From positions 17,581 through 81,580 of the forward strand of contig JAJYLD010000001.1 in the NCBI GenBank assembly GCA_021788015.1: a stretch of 64,000 bases of DNA. The letters run 5' to 3'. Every line of letters begins with the position of its first letter. The stretch's first letter is position 1. This DNA is from a bacterium (lineage in GTDB: Bacteria; Patescibacteriota; Patescibacteriia; Patescibacteriales; JAKAJF01). Made by a program: the position numbers and the translations under genes. Shown here one piece after another: positions 1-9,741 of the stretch. Under the pieces are notes generated by a model. It had not been told where the DNA came from. It saw nothing but the letters and a program-made list of their open reading frames with translations, and ran no database searches.

Positions 1-2
1 CG

Positions 3-200
3 GGAACGATTCAATTTTTTTCTTTGCTTTTTTCCGATTTTAAAGACGTGCTCGCAAACTGGAAGTCTTTCTCGCTTTATATTTTGGAATCGTTGCCAAC
101 TTCCGAAATCTTATTGTCTTTAACCGGTCTTTTTATTTTATTCCTTCTTTCCGGAATTATAATTAACTTCAGAGAAAACAATAAATTTTTATTAAATTAA
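3..200 (+). CDS. 3' end of an upstream ORF (partial; hydrophobic C-terminal tail)
   Basis: Frame 3 is open from the window edge to TAA at 198-200, just before the next start. The tail ...LLSLTGLFILFLLSGIIINF looks like a TM helix. No family recognised. Confidence 0.3.
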   Translation, partial: GTIQFFSLLFSDFKDVLANWKSFSLYILESLPTSEILLSLTGLFILFLLSGIIINFRENNKFLLN

Positions 201-203
201 AAT

Positions 204-665
204 ATGTTGGAACAGATAAAAACAAAAGGTTTTATAAAATGGGGCCTCGTTGTCTTGGCCGGTCTGATTTTAATCGTCGGCTCTTTCAGTTTGGGTGTTT
301 TCGTCGGCTTTAAGAAGGCCGGGTTTTCTTATTCCTGGGGAGAAAATTACGAGCATAATTTCGGCGGTCCGCGAAACGGATTTTTTCTTTTCAGACGCAT
401 GCCGGAAGGAGTGGGAGGCGATGATTTTATCAATGCCAACGGGACAGTCGGTTCAATTTTAAAAATAAATAACAATTCCGTTGTCATCAAAGGCAACGAT
501 AATGTCGAAAAAGTGATTAATATCGGAGCCAATACGGTTATCCGCAGACAGCGCGATACCATAAAAATCGCGGATTTAAAAATTAACGATCTTATCGTAG
601 TAATCGGAAATCCGAACAATTCCGGCCAGATTGACGCCAAGTTTGTCAGGGTTTTCGAAAAATAG
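204..665 (+). CDS. membrane-anchored DUF5666-like protein (paralog 1 of 3)
   Basis: 153-aa ORF with an N-terminal TM helix (GLVVLAGLILIVGSFSLGVFVGF) and then a beta-rich domain (...VVIGNPNNSGQIDAKFVRV). Same architecture as the ORFs at 4991 and 5525. Family name is from recollection only. Confidence 0.6.
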   Translation: MLEQIKTKGFIKWGLVVLAGLILIVGSFSLGVFVGFKKAGFSYSWGENYEHNFGGPRNGFFLFRRMPEGVGGDDFINANGTVGSILKINNNSVVIKGNDNVEKVINIGANTVIRRQRDTIKIADLKINDLIVVIGNPNNSGQIDAKFVRVFEK

Positions 666-746
666 AATTTGTCGCCGAATGCGCTTTGAAGCAAAAAATC
701 CGGAATTTGAAGACGGCATTCGCGGTCGATTCGATTATCAATCAAT

Positions 747-2774
747 ATGAATTTTATAAAAAAGAAGAAAAAAGCGGTTATCATTTCCGTAATTTTGATT
801 TTAGGAGTTTCTTTTTACTTTTATAAAGCCAATGGCAGCGCGGCGCCCACTCGCTACATAGTGGGAACTCCGCAAACGCAAACTTTGGTAGTTTCCGTTT
901 CCGGAAGCGGACAAGTGTCGGCTTCGAATCAAGTCGACATAAAGCCGAATATCACCGCCAACGTGGTTTCGATCCTGAAAAAACAAGGCGACAAAGTCAA
1001 GGCGGGAGACGTCATCGCCCAACTTGACGACGCGAATTTAAAAATTCAGGCCGACCAAGCGGAAAACAGCGTCGAGATCGCTAAAGACAATCTTAATTTG
1101 AAACTGGCGGGTCCGACAAAGGAGAACATCGCCGTTTCCCAGAAATCGGTCGATTCCGCTCAAGTCGCTTACAATACTTCTCTTACCAATTTGCAAAACG
1201 CGAAAGATTCCGCAAATGAAAATTTGCAAAAAGCCCAGCTCGGTCTTTCCAACGCGCAGGTGTCGCTCGATAACGCCCAACAACAATACGACAGCGCTTT
1301 GGCTTCGCAAGACACGTCCTCCACTTCGAGTTCGCAAACACTGACAAACGCTTATGATAACGCCAAGTCGACCATCAATTCGGCCATGTTGAATTTCCAA
1401 CCTTCTTTGCAGTTGGGAGAAGATATTTTGGGAAGCGACGGTTTAAGCTCAAAATATACTTTCGGGGTATCGAACCAAGTTGTGAGCGACGCGCAAAATT
1501 CTTATTACGCCGCCAAGAACAGTTATAATAATTTTATCAACAAATACAATTCCGTTTCGCAAAACTGGAATCCGTCCGATGAAGACGCGCTTTTGACACA
1601 AACGATAGATACGGCCAATGACTTAAAAGCATTGGAACAAAACCTTTATAATTTGCTGGCAAATGTGGTTGCGACCGCCGAAGTTCCGCAAACAACGATC
1701 GATACGGAGAAACAATCTGTTTCTGGCGAAGAAACTTCTTTACTCTCGAGCATTTCGAGCGTCCAGACTTCAATTCAGACCATCAATAACGACCAGCTTG
1801 GAATAACCACTTCCGGAAATTCTTCATCTTCAAGCGTTGACAGTGCCAAGGCCTCTTTGGACACGGCCCAAAATAATTTTTCTTTGGCCGATAACGCTTT
1901 GGCTCAAGCAAAACTAAGCAACGAACAATCGATTAATACGGCGCAAGCCGATGTCAATTCCAAAAAAATTGCTCTTGGAACCGCGCAAGCCCAATACAAT
2001 TTGGAGGTGGCCAAGCCCCGTCCGGTCGACATCGCGGCCCTAGAAGCGCAAGTGCAGCAAGCGGAGAACAGTTATGAGGTGGCGTTGCAAAATCTTAAAG
2101 ACGCGCAAATCGTTTCTCCGATTGGCGGAACGGTCGCTCAAGTCGATCTTAATGTCGGCGATTCCGCTTCGCCTTCGACCGCAGTGGCCACGGTTGTCAC
2201 TCCGGAGCAAATAGCAGACGTTTCTTTGAATGAAGTCGATGCCGCCAAGGTCAAGTCCGGCCAACAAGCAACTTTGACTTTTAACGCCATCGACGGTTTA
2301 AGCATCTCCGGCGTAGTTACGGAAGTCGATACGATCGGCACGGTAACGCAAGGAGTTGTCGATTACAACGCGAAAATAGCTTTTGACACGCAGAACAACC
2401 AAATTAAACCGGGGATGAGCGCGACGGCGTCGATTATCGTCAATGAAAAACAGAATGTTTTGACCGTTCCCAATTCAGCCGTAAAATCGGACGGCAATAA
2501 CGGCAATTACGTCGAAGTCTTAACCGGTATCGATCCGAATCAGACTAACGCCGCGAACGGCGTGACCGCAAAAAATCCGCCGGAACAGGTGCCCGTGACC
2601 ATAGGATTGCAGAATGATACCGATACGGAAATTGTCCAAGGCTTGCAACCTACCGACGAAGTGGTGTCAAGAACCGTAACCTCCGGAGCAACCCAAACTT
2701 CAACCCAAAGCGGCTCGAGATCGTTCGGTGGTGGTGGCGGCGGCAGAATTTTTATGATGGGACACGGAGGGTAA
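747..2774 (+). CDS. HlyD/MacA-type membrane-fusion (periplasmic adaptor) protein with very long coiled coil
   Basis: 675 aa with an N-terminal TM helix and an extended Q/N/A/S-rich coiled coil. C-terminal beta segments (IVSPIGGTVAQVDLNVGD, LTVPNSAVKSDGNNGNYVEV) are typical of MFP adaptors. Sits immediately upstream of a MacB-type ATPase and permease. Confidence 0.8.
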   Translation: MNFIKKKKKAVIISVILILGVSFYFYKANGSAAPTRYIVGTPQTQTLVVSVSGSGQVSASNQVDIKPNITANVVSILKKQGDKVKAGDVIAQLDDANLKIQADQAENSVEIAKDNLNLKLAGPTKENIAVSQKSVDSAQVAYNTSLTNLQNAKDSANENLQKAQLGLSNAQVSLDNAQQQYDSALASQDTSSTSSSQTLTNAYDNAKSTINSAMLNFQPSLQLGEDILGSDGLSSKYTFGVSNQVVSDAQNSYYAAKNSYNNFINKYNSVSQNWNPSDEDALLTQTIDTANDLKALEQNLYNLLANVVATAEVPQTTIDTEKQSVSGEETSLLSSISSVQTSIQTINNDQLGITTSGNSSSSSVDSAKASLDTAQNNFSLADNALAQAKLSNEQSINTAQADVNSKKIALGTAQAQYNLEVAKPRPVDIAALEAQVQQAENSYEVALQNLKDAQIVSPIGGTVAQVDLNVGDSASPSTAVATVVTPEQIADVSLNEVDAAKVKSGQQATLTFNAIDGLSISGVVTEVDTIGTVTQGVVDYNAKIAFDTQNNQIKPGMSATASIIVNEKQNVLTVPNSAVKSDGNNGNYVEVLTGIDPNQTNAANGVTAKNPPEQVPVTIGLQNDTDTEIVQGLQPTDEVVSRTVTSGATQTSTQSGSRSFGGGGGGRIFMMGHGG

Positions 2775-2780
2775 TTTTTT

Positions 2781-3464
2781 ATGATTGAATTAAGAAACAT
2801 AAATAAAATCTACATCAGCGACGACGTTGAAACACAGGTGTTAAAAAACATTTCTTTCAAAATAGATAAGGGCGAGTTTGTGGCCATCACCGGTCCGTCG
2901 GGATCGGGGAAGTCAACCATAATGCATATCATCGGCGCCCTTGATTCGCCGACAAACGGAGAGTATTTTTTGGACGGGAACGATGTTTCCAAACTTTCCG
3001 ACGATGAACTTGCCGATATCCGAAGAAATAAAATCGGGTTTGTTTTTCAGGCGTTTAATCTGCTGCCGAGGGCCACAGTTTTGCGCAATGTTACGCTTCC
3101 GCTTGTTTACGCGGAGACCGTGCCTGAAAAAAGAACGGAGATGGCGAAGAAAGCTTTGCTCGCGGCCGGTTTGGACGAAAATCGCTGGTATCATTTTTCC
3201 AATCAGCTTTCCGGAGGGCAAATGCAAAGAGTGGCGATCGCCCGCGCTTTAGTAAACAATCCTTCGATTATTCTCGCCGACGAACCGACCGGCAATCTTG
3301 ATACGAAAACGGGCGAGATCGTTTTGGACACTTTCCAGAAACTTAACAGGGAAGAAGGTCATACCATTATCTTAATAACCCACGAATACGAGGTCGCGAA
3401 ACGAGCGAATCGAATAATATCAATTCGGGACGGGATGATTGTTGAGGATAGAAATAATTTCTAA
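2781..3464 (+). CDS. ABC transporter ATP-binding protein, MacB/LolD/FtsE-like
   Basis: Walker [11 protein letters not shown]-loop, signature [15 protein letters not shown], Walker [13 protein letters not shown]-loop ITHE. Confidence 0.92.
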   Translation: MIELRNINKIYISDDVETQVLKNISFKIDKGEFVAITGPSGSGKSTIMHIIGALDSPTNGEYFLDGNDVSKLSDDELADIRRNKIGFVFQAFNLLPRATVLRNVTLPLVYAETVPEKRTEMAKKALLAAGLDENRWYHFSNQLSGGQMQRVAIARALVNNPSIILADEPTGNLDTKTGEIVLDTFQKLNREEGHTIILITHEYEVAKRANRIISIRDGMIVEDRNNF

Positions 3465-3465
3465 A

Positions 3466-3590
3466 TCCTGATATCTAATTTCTAAAAAATTTCAAAGTTC
3501 AAAATTAAAAACTCAAAACGTTCTGATATTTCGATTTTTAATTTGGAATTTGTTTGGGATTTAAGATTTAGAGATTAGAAATTTATTTTG
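3466..3590. repeat. AT-rich imperfect palindromic intergenic element (aaatcctaa/ttagatt word family)
   Basis: The left arm (aaatcctgatatctaatttctaaa...ttcaaaattaaaaa) is the imperfect reverse complement of the right arm (tttttaatttggaa...ttagagattagaaattt). The same words recur flanking corA. Confidence 0.5.
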
Positions 3591-3592
3591 TT

Positions 3593-4816
3593 ATGTTAAT
3601 TTCCGATTTAATTTTTGAAACTTATTTGGCTGTAACGGCCAACAAGGCGAGATCCGTTCTTACCATCCTTGGTATCGTTATCGGCATCGGATCGGTTATT
3701 TCCATGATTTCCGTGGGCCAAGGTGCGCAAAGTTCGATCCAGTCGAGCATCCAATCGATCGGATCCAATTTAATTTTAGTTATGCCCGGAGCTCAGCACG
3801 AAGTGGGGCCCGGCGCGAGTTTGGGCAGAGGATCGGCCGAAACCTTAACCCTTGACGACGCCGACGCCATCCAAAAAGAGATAAGCGGAGTGAGCGCGGT
3901 GGCCCCGGAAAATTCGCGCCGTTATCAGGTAACGGCAAAGGGGCAAAATACGAATACCCAGATCGTCGGCACGGTTCCGGCTTATACTTCCGTTCGCAAT
4001 TTGGACATCGATGAAGGTTCTTTTATAACGGACGAGGAAGTAAAAAGCACGGCCAGAGTGGCGGTAATAGCGCCGACCACCTCGAGCGATCTTTTCGGAG
4101 ACGGAGTCGATCCGATAGGGAAAGACATTCAAATCAAACAAGTCGATTTCAAGATCATTGGTTTGACCAAATCCAAAGGCGGAACCGGATTCGGCAACCA
4201 AGACGATATGATTTTTATTCCGATTTCGACCGCGCAAAGATATTTGTCCGGAGACAACTACATTACCACCATCAGCGTTCAGGCGCAAGATCAATCGTCT
4301 CTGTCTTCCGTTCAACAGCAAATCACGGATTTGCTCCTGACCAGACATAAGATTTCCAATCCGCAAAACGCCGATTTTTCCACCTTGAACCAGGCCGATA
4401 TCGTCCAAACCGCTTCGTCGGTGACCGGCACTTTCACGATTCTTTTGGCCGCAATCGCCGGAATCTCTTTGGTTGTCGGCGGAATTGGCATAATGAACAT
4501 GATGCTTACGACCGTTACGGAAAGAACGAAAGAAATCGGCTTGCGCAAGGCGATCGGGGCGAAAGCGGCCGATATCAATTTGCAGTTTTTAATGGAAGCG
4601 ACCATGCTTACTTTTTTCGGCGGTGTCATCGGCGTCATTTTGGGATGGATAATATCGTTGGCGATAAGCAAATTCGCCGGTATCGCCACGACCGTTTCTC
4701 TGTTTTCCATAATTTTGGCGTTCGGCGTTTCGGCCACGATCGGGATTGTTTTCGGCTATTACCCGGCAAGAAGGGCTTCCAAATTGAATCCGATAGAAGC
4801 GTTGCGCTACGAATAG
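3593..4816 (+). CDS. ABC transporter permease, FtsX/MacB type
   Basis: 407 aa with an N-terminal TM helix, a large extracytoplasmic domain and a C-terminal FtsX-type bundle (TERTKEIGLRKAIGAKAADI...). Ends ...NPIEALRYE, typical of MacB permeases. Confidence 0.9.
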   Translation: MLISDLIFETYLAVTANKARSVLTILGIVIGIGSVISMISVGQGAQSSIQSSIQSIGSNLILVMPGAQHEVGPGASLGRGSAETLTLDDADAIQKEISGVSAVAPENSRRYQVTAKGQNTNTQIVGTVPAYTSVRNLDIDEGSFITDEEVKSTARVAVIAPTTSSDLFGDGVDPIGKDIQIKQVDFKIIGLTKSKGGTGFGNQDDMIFIPISTAQRYLSGDNYITTISVQAQDQSSLSSVQQQITDLLLTRHKISNPQNADFSTLNQADIVQTASSVTGTFTILLAAIAGISLVVGGIGIMNMMLTTVTERTKEIGLRKAIGAKAADINLQFLMEATMLTFFGGVIGVILGWIISLAISKFAGIATTVSLFSIILAFGVSATIGIVFGYYPARRASKLNPIEALRYE

Positions 4817-4990
4817 TTTTCAGATAACGCACGTAGGCTATTTTAAAAGAAATTTATAGAAATTAATTGTTTTTTACATTTTAAATAAGCAAAGACAAGA
4901 AGAGCAAGAAGATAAATAAGAGCAGAAAAATAATTTTATTATCTGCCTTCTTAATTCTTGTTTGTCTTATTTATTATTTTTATTACATCT

Positions 4991-5464
4991 ATGCAAAAAT
5001 CAATTTTGACAACCTTAATCTTGGTTTTAATCGCCGGCGGGGTCGGATTTTACGGAGGAATGCAATACGGTCAAAGTAAATCTTCCCAGAGCGGTTCGCA
5101 AAACTTCGCCAGATCCGGAGGAAATAGCGGCGGATTCATTGCCAGAAACGGAGGCGCAAGAAGAACTGGCGCCGGTGGCAATTTTATCAGCGGCGATATC
5201 CTTAAAAAGGATAACGGCAGCATTGTCATCCAAGATCAAAACGGCGGATCGAAAATTGTGCTTTTATCCGGTTCGACAACTATAGGCAAAATGGCGACCG
5301 GAACGGCGGACGACCTTGTTCCGGGTGAACGGGTTATGGTCGCGGGAAGCGCCAATCAGGACGGAAGCATAACCGCTCAGACAATCCAAATCAGACCGGA
5401 AAACCCGAACGGAAACGGCAACCAAAGCGGTCAGGGAGCGGGAGGAGCGCAGCAAGGACAATAA
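4991..5464 (+). CDS. membrane-anchored DUF5666-like protein (paralog 2), Gly-rich linker
   Basis: ATG at 4991 ([23 protein letters not shown]...); the track ORF starts earlier at a non-ATG codon. The C-terminal domain (...[22 protein letters not shown]) parallels the ORFs at 204 and 5525. Confidence 0.6.
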   Translation: MQKSILTTLILVLIAGGVGFYGGMQYGQSKSSQSGSQNFARSGGNSGGFIARNGGARRTGAGGNFISGDILKKDNGSIVIQDQNGGSKIVLLSGSTTIGKMATGTADDLVPGERVMVAGSANQDGSITAQTIQIRPENPNGNGNQSGQGAGGAQQGQ

Positions 5465-5524
5465 AATTATACAAAAAAATTAATACGAGGACTGTCATTC
5501 GGCAGACCCTTAAAATAAAAAAAT

Positions 5525-6037
5525 ATGGATTCACAAATGAATTCACAAAAAGAAAATTTAGAGCAAGACGAGAAAAAGCGTTCTCGTTGTTGTTCGGGTT
5601 GGCACGGCCATTTTTGGCTGAAAATCATCGGCTTAGCGGCAATTTTAATCATTATCGCGGCTTTTGTATCTTTATTCGCGAGAGTTCATAGGTTCGGCAA
5701 ATTTGAACGCGAAGGCGGGCCGGGATACCCGATGATCGAAAATTACGGCTACAAAACAGTAAAGCCGGTAATGTTTGGAAGATTGGGCTTGAATCGGGAA
5801 AACGGTAAAAATTCTTCGCAGATTTTCGGCAAAATAACAAAAATCGAAGGGAACAAAATAACCGTTTCTGACAATGGTGGAAAAGACCAAGCGATTTTTT
5901 CTCAGTCAAACACCAATATTATCGCTTCCGGCACGGAAATAAGCATACAAGACTTGAAACCGGGCCAAAACATAAACGCTTTGGGAACTTTGAACAAGGA
6001 CAACACTTTGGCGGCTCAAATAATCCAAGTGGAATAA
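5525..6037 (+). CDS. membrane-anchored DUF5666-like protein (paralog 3)
   Basis: 170 aa with a TM helix (IIGLAAILIIIAAFVSLFA) and a C-terminal domain (...GQNINALGTLNKDNTLAAQIIQV) matching the paralog pattern. Confidence 0.6.
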   Translation: MDSQMNSQKENLEQDEKKRSRCCSGWHGHFWLKIIGLAAILIIIAAFVSLFARVHRFGKFEREGGPGYPMIENYGYKTVKPVMFGRLGLNRENGKNSSQIFGKITKIEGNKITVSDNGGKDQAIFSQSNTNIIASGTEISIQDLKPGQNINALGTLNKDNTLAAQIIQVE

Positions 6038-6055
6038 AAAACGGGTTTCGATTGA

Positions 6056-6080
6056 AAACGCTCCCTTCGGGGAGCGTTTT
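6056..6080 (+). terminator. intrinsic terminator
   Basis: AAACGCTCCC-TTCG-GGGAGCGTTT followed by a T run, 19 nt after the stop codon of the ORF at 5525. Confidence 0.8.
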
Positions 6081-6172
6081 GCGTTGTTGCGGGAATTGAA
6101 AGTATGATAAAATAAAATGGCAAGCATAAAATACAACTAAAATGCGGATCAAACGACCACGCTTTTAATGAA

Positions 6173-6643
6173 ATGAAAATAAGCGCAGGAACATTAATCT
6201 ATCGAAGACGCGGCAATAAAATCGAAGTTCTGCTCGTTCACCCGGGCGGTCCCTTTTGGGCGGAAAAAGACAAAGGCGCGTGGAGCATACCCAAAGGCGA
6301 AATTGAAGAAGGGGAGGACTTGCTTCAAGCGGCGATCCGAGAGACAAAAGAAGAGTTAGGCTTTGAAGCGGAGGGCGAATTTGAGGCATTGGGTTCGGTA
6401 AAATTAAAAAGCGGTAAAATCATCCATGCCTGGGTTCATGAAGGCGATTATGATCTGAAGAATTTTCACAGCAATACGTTTAAAATGGAATGGCCGCCGA
6501 AATCGGGGAAATTTATGAACGTTCCCGAAAACGATAAGGCGGAATATTTCGATCTCGAAATCGCGAAAGAGAAAATAAACCCGGCGCAAGTTGAGTTCTT
6601 GGAAAAATTAAATACGATTTTGTCGGGTAATGATCCTCTTTAA
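6173..6643 (+). CDS. NUDIX hydrolase
   Basis: Nudix box region GGPFWAEKDKGAWSIPKGEIEEGEDLLQAAIRETKEELG. Confidence 0.85.
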   Translation: MKISAGTLIYRRRGNKIEVLLVHPGGPFWAEKDKGAWSIPKGEIEEGEDLLQAAIRETKEELGFEAEGEFEALGSVKLKSGKIIHAWVHEGDYDLKNFHSNTFKMEWPPKSGKFMNVPENDKAEYFDLEIAKEKINPAQVEFLEKLNTILSGNDPL

Positions 6644-6681
6644 ATTGTAACAAACACTCTTTTTTTTCAGTATTATATTGT

Positions 6682-7065
6682 ATGAGAAAGGGTGTTTTTT
6701 TAATTTTATTTTTATTGAATGTAAGCGGAGCTTATGCGCAGATGAGCCCGAGCGATTTGGAAGCGCGTTGCGAAAGCGATGCCGCGACCTCAAGGGATAA
6801 TTCGCTTACGGCCGCGCAAAACGATTATTATGCGAATTTATTTATCGCGGCCCAGAACAGGCAAAACGCCATGCTCGATTTTTTAAGCCAACCCAATATT
6901 TCCCCTCAATCTTTGCAAAGCAATCTTTTTGAAATCAACAATAATTACAACAACAATGTCATTGTCGTCCAAAGGCGATACCGGGAAACCGTTAACGCCG
7001 TCTGGACGAATTATTATATTACTTTGAGAAATTGCCAAACCAGAAGTTATCCGACAACGCAATGA
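6682..7065 (+). CDS. secreted hypothetical protein
   Basis: 127-aa ORF with a signal-peptide-like N-terminus (MRKGVFLILFLLNVSGAYA). No family recognised. Confidence 0.5.
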   Translation: MRKGVFLILFLLNVSGAYAQMSPSDLEARCESDAATSRDNSLTAAQNDYYANLFIAAQNRQNAMLDFLSQPNISPQSLQSNLFEINNNYNNNVIVVQRRYRETVNAVWTNYYITLRNCQTRSYPTTQ

Positions 7066-7157
7066 AAACAAATTAAATCCCGCGATTCTTTCGCAAATAC
7101 GCAAACACGATAAAACGGCCGTTTGCGGGAACGCATAATCTGGAAAGGAGGCGAAAT

Positions 7158-7526
7158 ATGCCAGGATTTATAATCAATATCGAAGACAAATCCTTAAAGA
7201 ACGATTTTTTCCGCGAAGTTTTGTTTACAACCCCGAAATCCCAGCTTGTGGTTATGAGTTTGAGGCCGGGAGAAGAAATCGGAACGGAAGCGCATGAAAA
7301 ATCCGATCAGTTTATTCGCGTTGAAGCGGGCGAAGGCAAGGCCGTTTTGAACGGCCAAACATCGAACATAGAAGACGGAAGCGCCATCGTCATTCCCGCC
7401 GGCACGGAGCATAACATTATCAACACCTCGGGAGAAAGTATGAAACTTTATACTCTTTACACTCCGCCTCAGCATCCGGACGGCACGATTCATAAAACAA
7501 AAGCGGAAGCGGAGAAAGAGGGATGA
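7158..7526 (+). CDS. cupin domain protein
   Basis: Cupin motifs GEEIGTEAHEKSDQFIRVEAGEG and IPAGTEHNIINT. GGAGG-like RBS (aaaggaggcgaaat) upstream. Confidence 0.8.
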   Translation: MPGFIINIEDKSLKNDFFREVLFTTPKSQLVVMSLRPGEEIGTEAHEKSDQFIRVEAGEGKAVLNGQTSNIEDGSAIVIPAGTEHNIINTSGESMKLYTLYTPPQHPDGTIHKTKAEAEKEG

Positions 7527-7528
7527 TT

Positions 7529-7656
7529 ATGAATCCCGTTAGAAGCCGCGATCGCTTCAACGGGAATAATACAAAATGTGGAAAATTTTATTTAAATAAA
7601 ATAATGGGCAGATTATTATAAATTATTGATCGTGATCTGCTTCTAATGGGATGAAG
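7529..7656. repeat. MITE-like structured repeat, copy A
   Basis: The 5' end ATGAATCCCGTTAGAAGCCGCGATCGCTT is identical to the copy at 44575. The 3' end GATCGTGATCTGCTTCTAATGGGATGAAG is near-identical. The ends are inverted repeats of each other and the interior is AT-rich and unrelated. Confidence 0.6.
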
Positions 7657-8175
7657 ATTGAAAAAAAATTGCCACAATTCGAAAATGAAATCGCCTTAAT
7701 CGTGGCGACGGGAGAACAAACGGCGAAATTTTATCTGGCCGGTCGGGGCGCGATAAACGAGTTGGAAGTTTTTTTCGAGCCCAATCCCGAATATACGGAT
7801 CGTGAGGGTTTTTTTGAAAAGCGCATGAGAAAAGATTACGGTTCCGGTTCTGTTTATGAACCCAAAAAAGAATATGTGCAAAATAAATTTTTGCGCGGTC
7901 TGTTGACGGAATTGAAAAATGCCCGTGAAAAATGGAAATTCGAGGCTATTTATTTCTTTTTCCCCGATTTCGTATCCAAAGAAATTTTATCCGCCCTGCC
8001 CGATGAATTTTTAAAAATGGTTCGTTTAAAAATAACCGGCAATTTTTTTCGAGAGCATCCCTTTAAATTGTTGCGAATGATTCAAAGAGAAATGAAAATC
8101 GGGGAAAACGAAGCGTTAAAAAAGGAGGCAAGAAGACTGCTAAAAGCAACTGACGATAAAGAACTAAGAAAATAA
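7651..8175 (+). CDS. hypothetical protein (possibly host-attachment/baeRF-like)
   Basis: 174-aa ORF. The weak resemblance to release-factor-like 'host attachment' proteins is recollection only. The start codon lies inside the repeat end. Confidence 0.45.
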   Translation: MKIEKKLPQFENEIALIVATGEQTAKFYLAGRGAINELEVFFEPNPEYTDREGFFEKRMRKDYGSGSVYEPKKEYVQNKFLRGLLTELKNAREKWKFEAIYFFFPDFVSKEILSALPDEFLKMVRLKITGNFFREHPFKLLRMIQREMKIGENEALKKEARRLLKATDDKELRK

Positions 8176-8178
8176 TTT

Positions 8179-8291
8179 AATCTCAAAACGCGAATGTCAA
8201 AACTCAAAATTGCAACTCAAAACTAAAAATTATAAAAAGTTTTAAGTTTTTAGTTATGATTTTGCGTTTTTGAGTTTTAAGATTTGAGATT
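8179..8291. repeat. AT-rich palindromic intergenic element (caaaactcaaa/tttgagttttg family), copy 1
   Basis: aatctcaaaacgcgaatgtcaaaactcaaaattgcaactcaaaactaaaaa ... tttttagttatgattttgcgtttttgagttttaagatttgagatt. The arms are imperfect reverse complements. Related copies lie at 26981 and 38001. Confidence 0.6.
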
Positions 8292-8370
8292 TTGGCCCGA
8301 AGAAGGTGTTTATCTCCCGTTAAAAAACTGCTATAATATATAAAAGTAAGCAGGTTTTAATTTTTATCAC

Positions 8371-9741
8371 ATGCCTAAAAAAATTTTAGAAGAAATCGTG
8401 GAAATTCCCGCCATAACCCTGGAGAAAGGGGTTGAAATTTCCGAAAAAGTCGAAAAGACGGTGGTTAACAAAAAGCCGTTTAAAATCGCCGAAGAATATT
8501 GGGAAACGCTCGGTCCGGGTTTGACGACAGGAGCGGCCGACGATGATCCCTCCGGAATCGCGACTTATTCCCAGACAGGCGCTCAATACGGATTTCAGCT
8601 TCTGTGGCTGGCGGCGTTTACTTTTCCTTTGATGGCTATCGTTCAGGAAATGTGCGCCCGGATCGGAATAGTAACCGGAAGAGGGCTGGCCGCCAACATA
8701 AAGCGCTATTTCCCCAAATGGTCTCTTTATACGGTCGCCTCTTTGCTGTTTTTTGCGAACACTTTTAATTTGGGAGCCGATCTCGGAGTCATGGCCAGGG
8801 CGACGGAACTGATTTTCCCCAAATTGGGTTTTGTTTTTACCGTTATCGGCTTCGCTTTATTGAGCCTGCTTTTGCAGATCTTTACGACTTACGCCCGCTA
8901 CGCGAAATATCTTAAATATCTCGCCCTTGTTCTTTTTTCTTACGTTTTTTCCGCCATCAGTTTGCATTTGAATTGGGGCGAGGTTTTAAGGCACGGCCTT
9001 ATTCCTTCTTTAAAATTTTCAAAAGAACAGATATTTTTAGTTTGCGCCATTTTAGGCACGACAATTTCGCCTTATCTTTTTTTCTGGCAAACTTCGCAGG
9101 AAGTCGAGGAAGAAATTTTGCAAGGGAGAAAAACCGTAAAAATGCGCCGCGAAAAAACTTCGAAAAAAGAAGTGAAAAAAATGAGGACGGACGTATGGTC
9201 GGGAATGTTTGTTTCCAATATAGCCATGTTTTTTATCATTACCGCGTCCGCCGGCGCCTTGTTCGCTCACGGCATTACCAATATTTCCACCGCCGAGCAA
9301 GCGGCTTTGGCCTTAAAACCGTTTGCCGGCGAACTGGCCTATCTTTTGTTCACGATCGGAATAGTCGGAGTCGGCATGCTCTCGATTCCGACCCTGGCCG
9401 GTTCCGCTTCTTACGCCTTGTCGGAAAGCTTCGGATGGAAGTGCGGGCTTTATAAAAAACTGAAAGGAGCTTATGATTTTTACGGAGTAATCATCATAGC
9501 CATGCTGGTCGGCCTCGCCATAAATTTTATTCATCTCGATCCGATCAAGGCTTTGATTTACTCGGCGGTCGCGAACGGAATTATCGCCCCGGTAGTCTTA
9601 TTTTTTATCATTAAAATAAGCAGCAATAAAAAAATAATGGGAAAGCATGCGAGCGGTCCGGTGACAAAAAGTTTGGGTTGGCTCATCACGGGAATAATGG
9701 CGGCGGCCGGAATCGCGGCGATTGCGGGATTGATTTTTTAG
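8371..9741 (+). CDS. NRAMP-family divalent metal cation transporter
   Basis: 456 aa, polytopic. Motif GPGLTTGAADDDPSGIATYSQTGAQYGFQLLW is typical of the Nramp/MntH family. Confidence 0.8.
   Translation: MPKKILEEIVEIPAITLEKGVEISEKVEKTVVNKKPFKIAEEYWETLGPGLTTGAADDDPSGIATYSQTGAQYGFQLLWLAAFTFPLMAIVQEMCARIGIVTGRGLAANIKRYFPKWSLYTVASLLFFANTFNLGADLGVMARATELIFPKLGFVFTVIGFALLSLLLQIFTTYARYAKYLKYLALVLFSYVFSAISLHLNWGEVLRHGLIPSLKFSKEQIFLVCAILGTTISPYLFFWQTSQEVEEEILQGRKTVKMRREKTSKKEVKKMRTDVWSGMFVSNIAMFFIITASAGALFAHGITNISTAEQAALALKPFAGELAYLLFTIGIVGVGMLSIPTLAGSASYALSESFGWKCGLYKKLKGAYDFYGVIIIAMLVGLAINFIHLDPIKALIYSAVANGIIAPVVLFFIIKISSNKKIMGKHASGPVTKSLGWLITGIMAAAGIAAIAGLIF

Noticed and set aside
347-784. Many antisense or overlapping ORFs in the six-frame track, e.g. 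347-784(-), 3845-4408(-), 4312-4737(-), 8973-9455(+), 33848-34456(+), 38369-39001(+), 44944-45441(-), 49931-50251(+).
   Set aside because: Each lies inside or opposite a gene with clear family motifs, or within GC-rich or purine-rich sequence where stop codons are rare. None has recognisable motifs or start signals, so they were treated as shadow ORFs.
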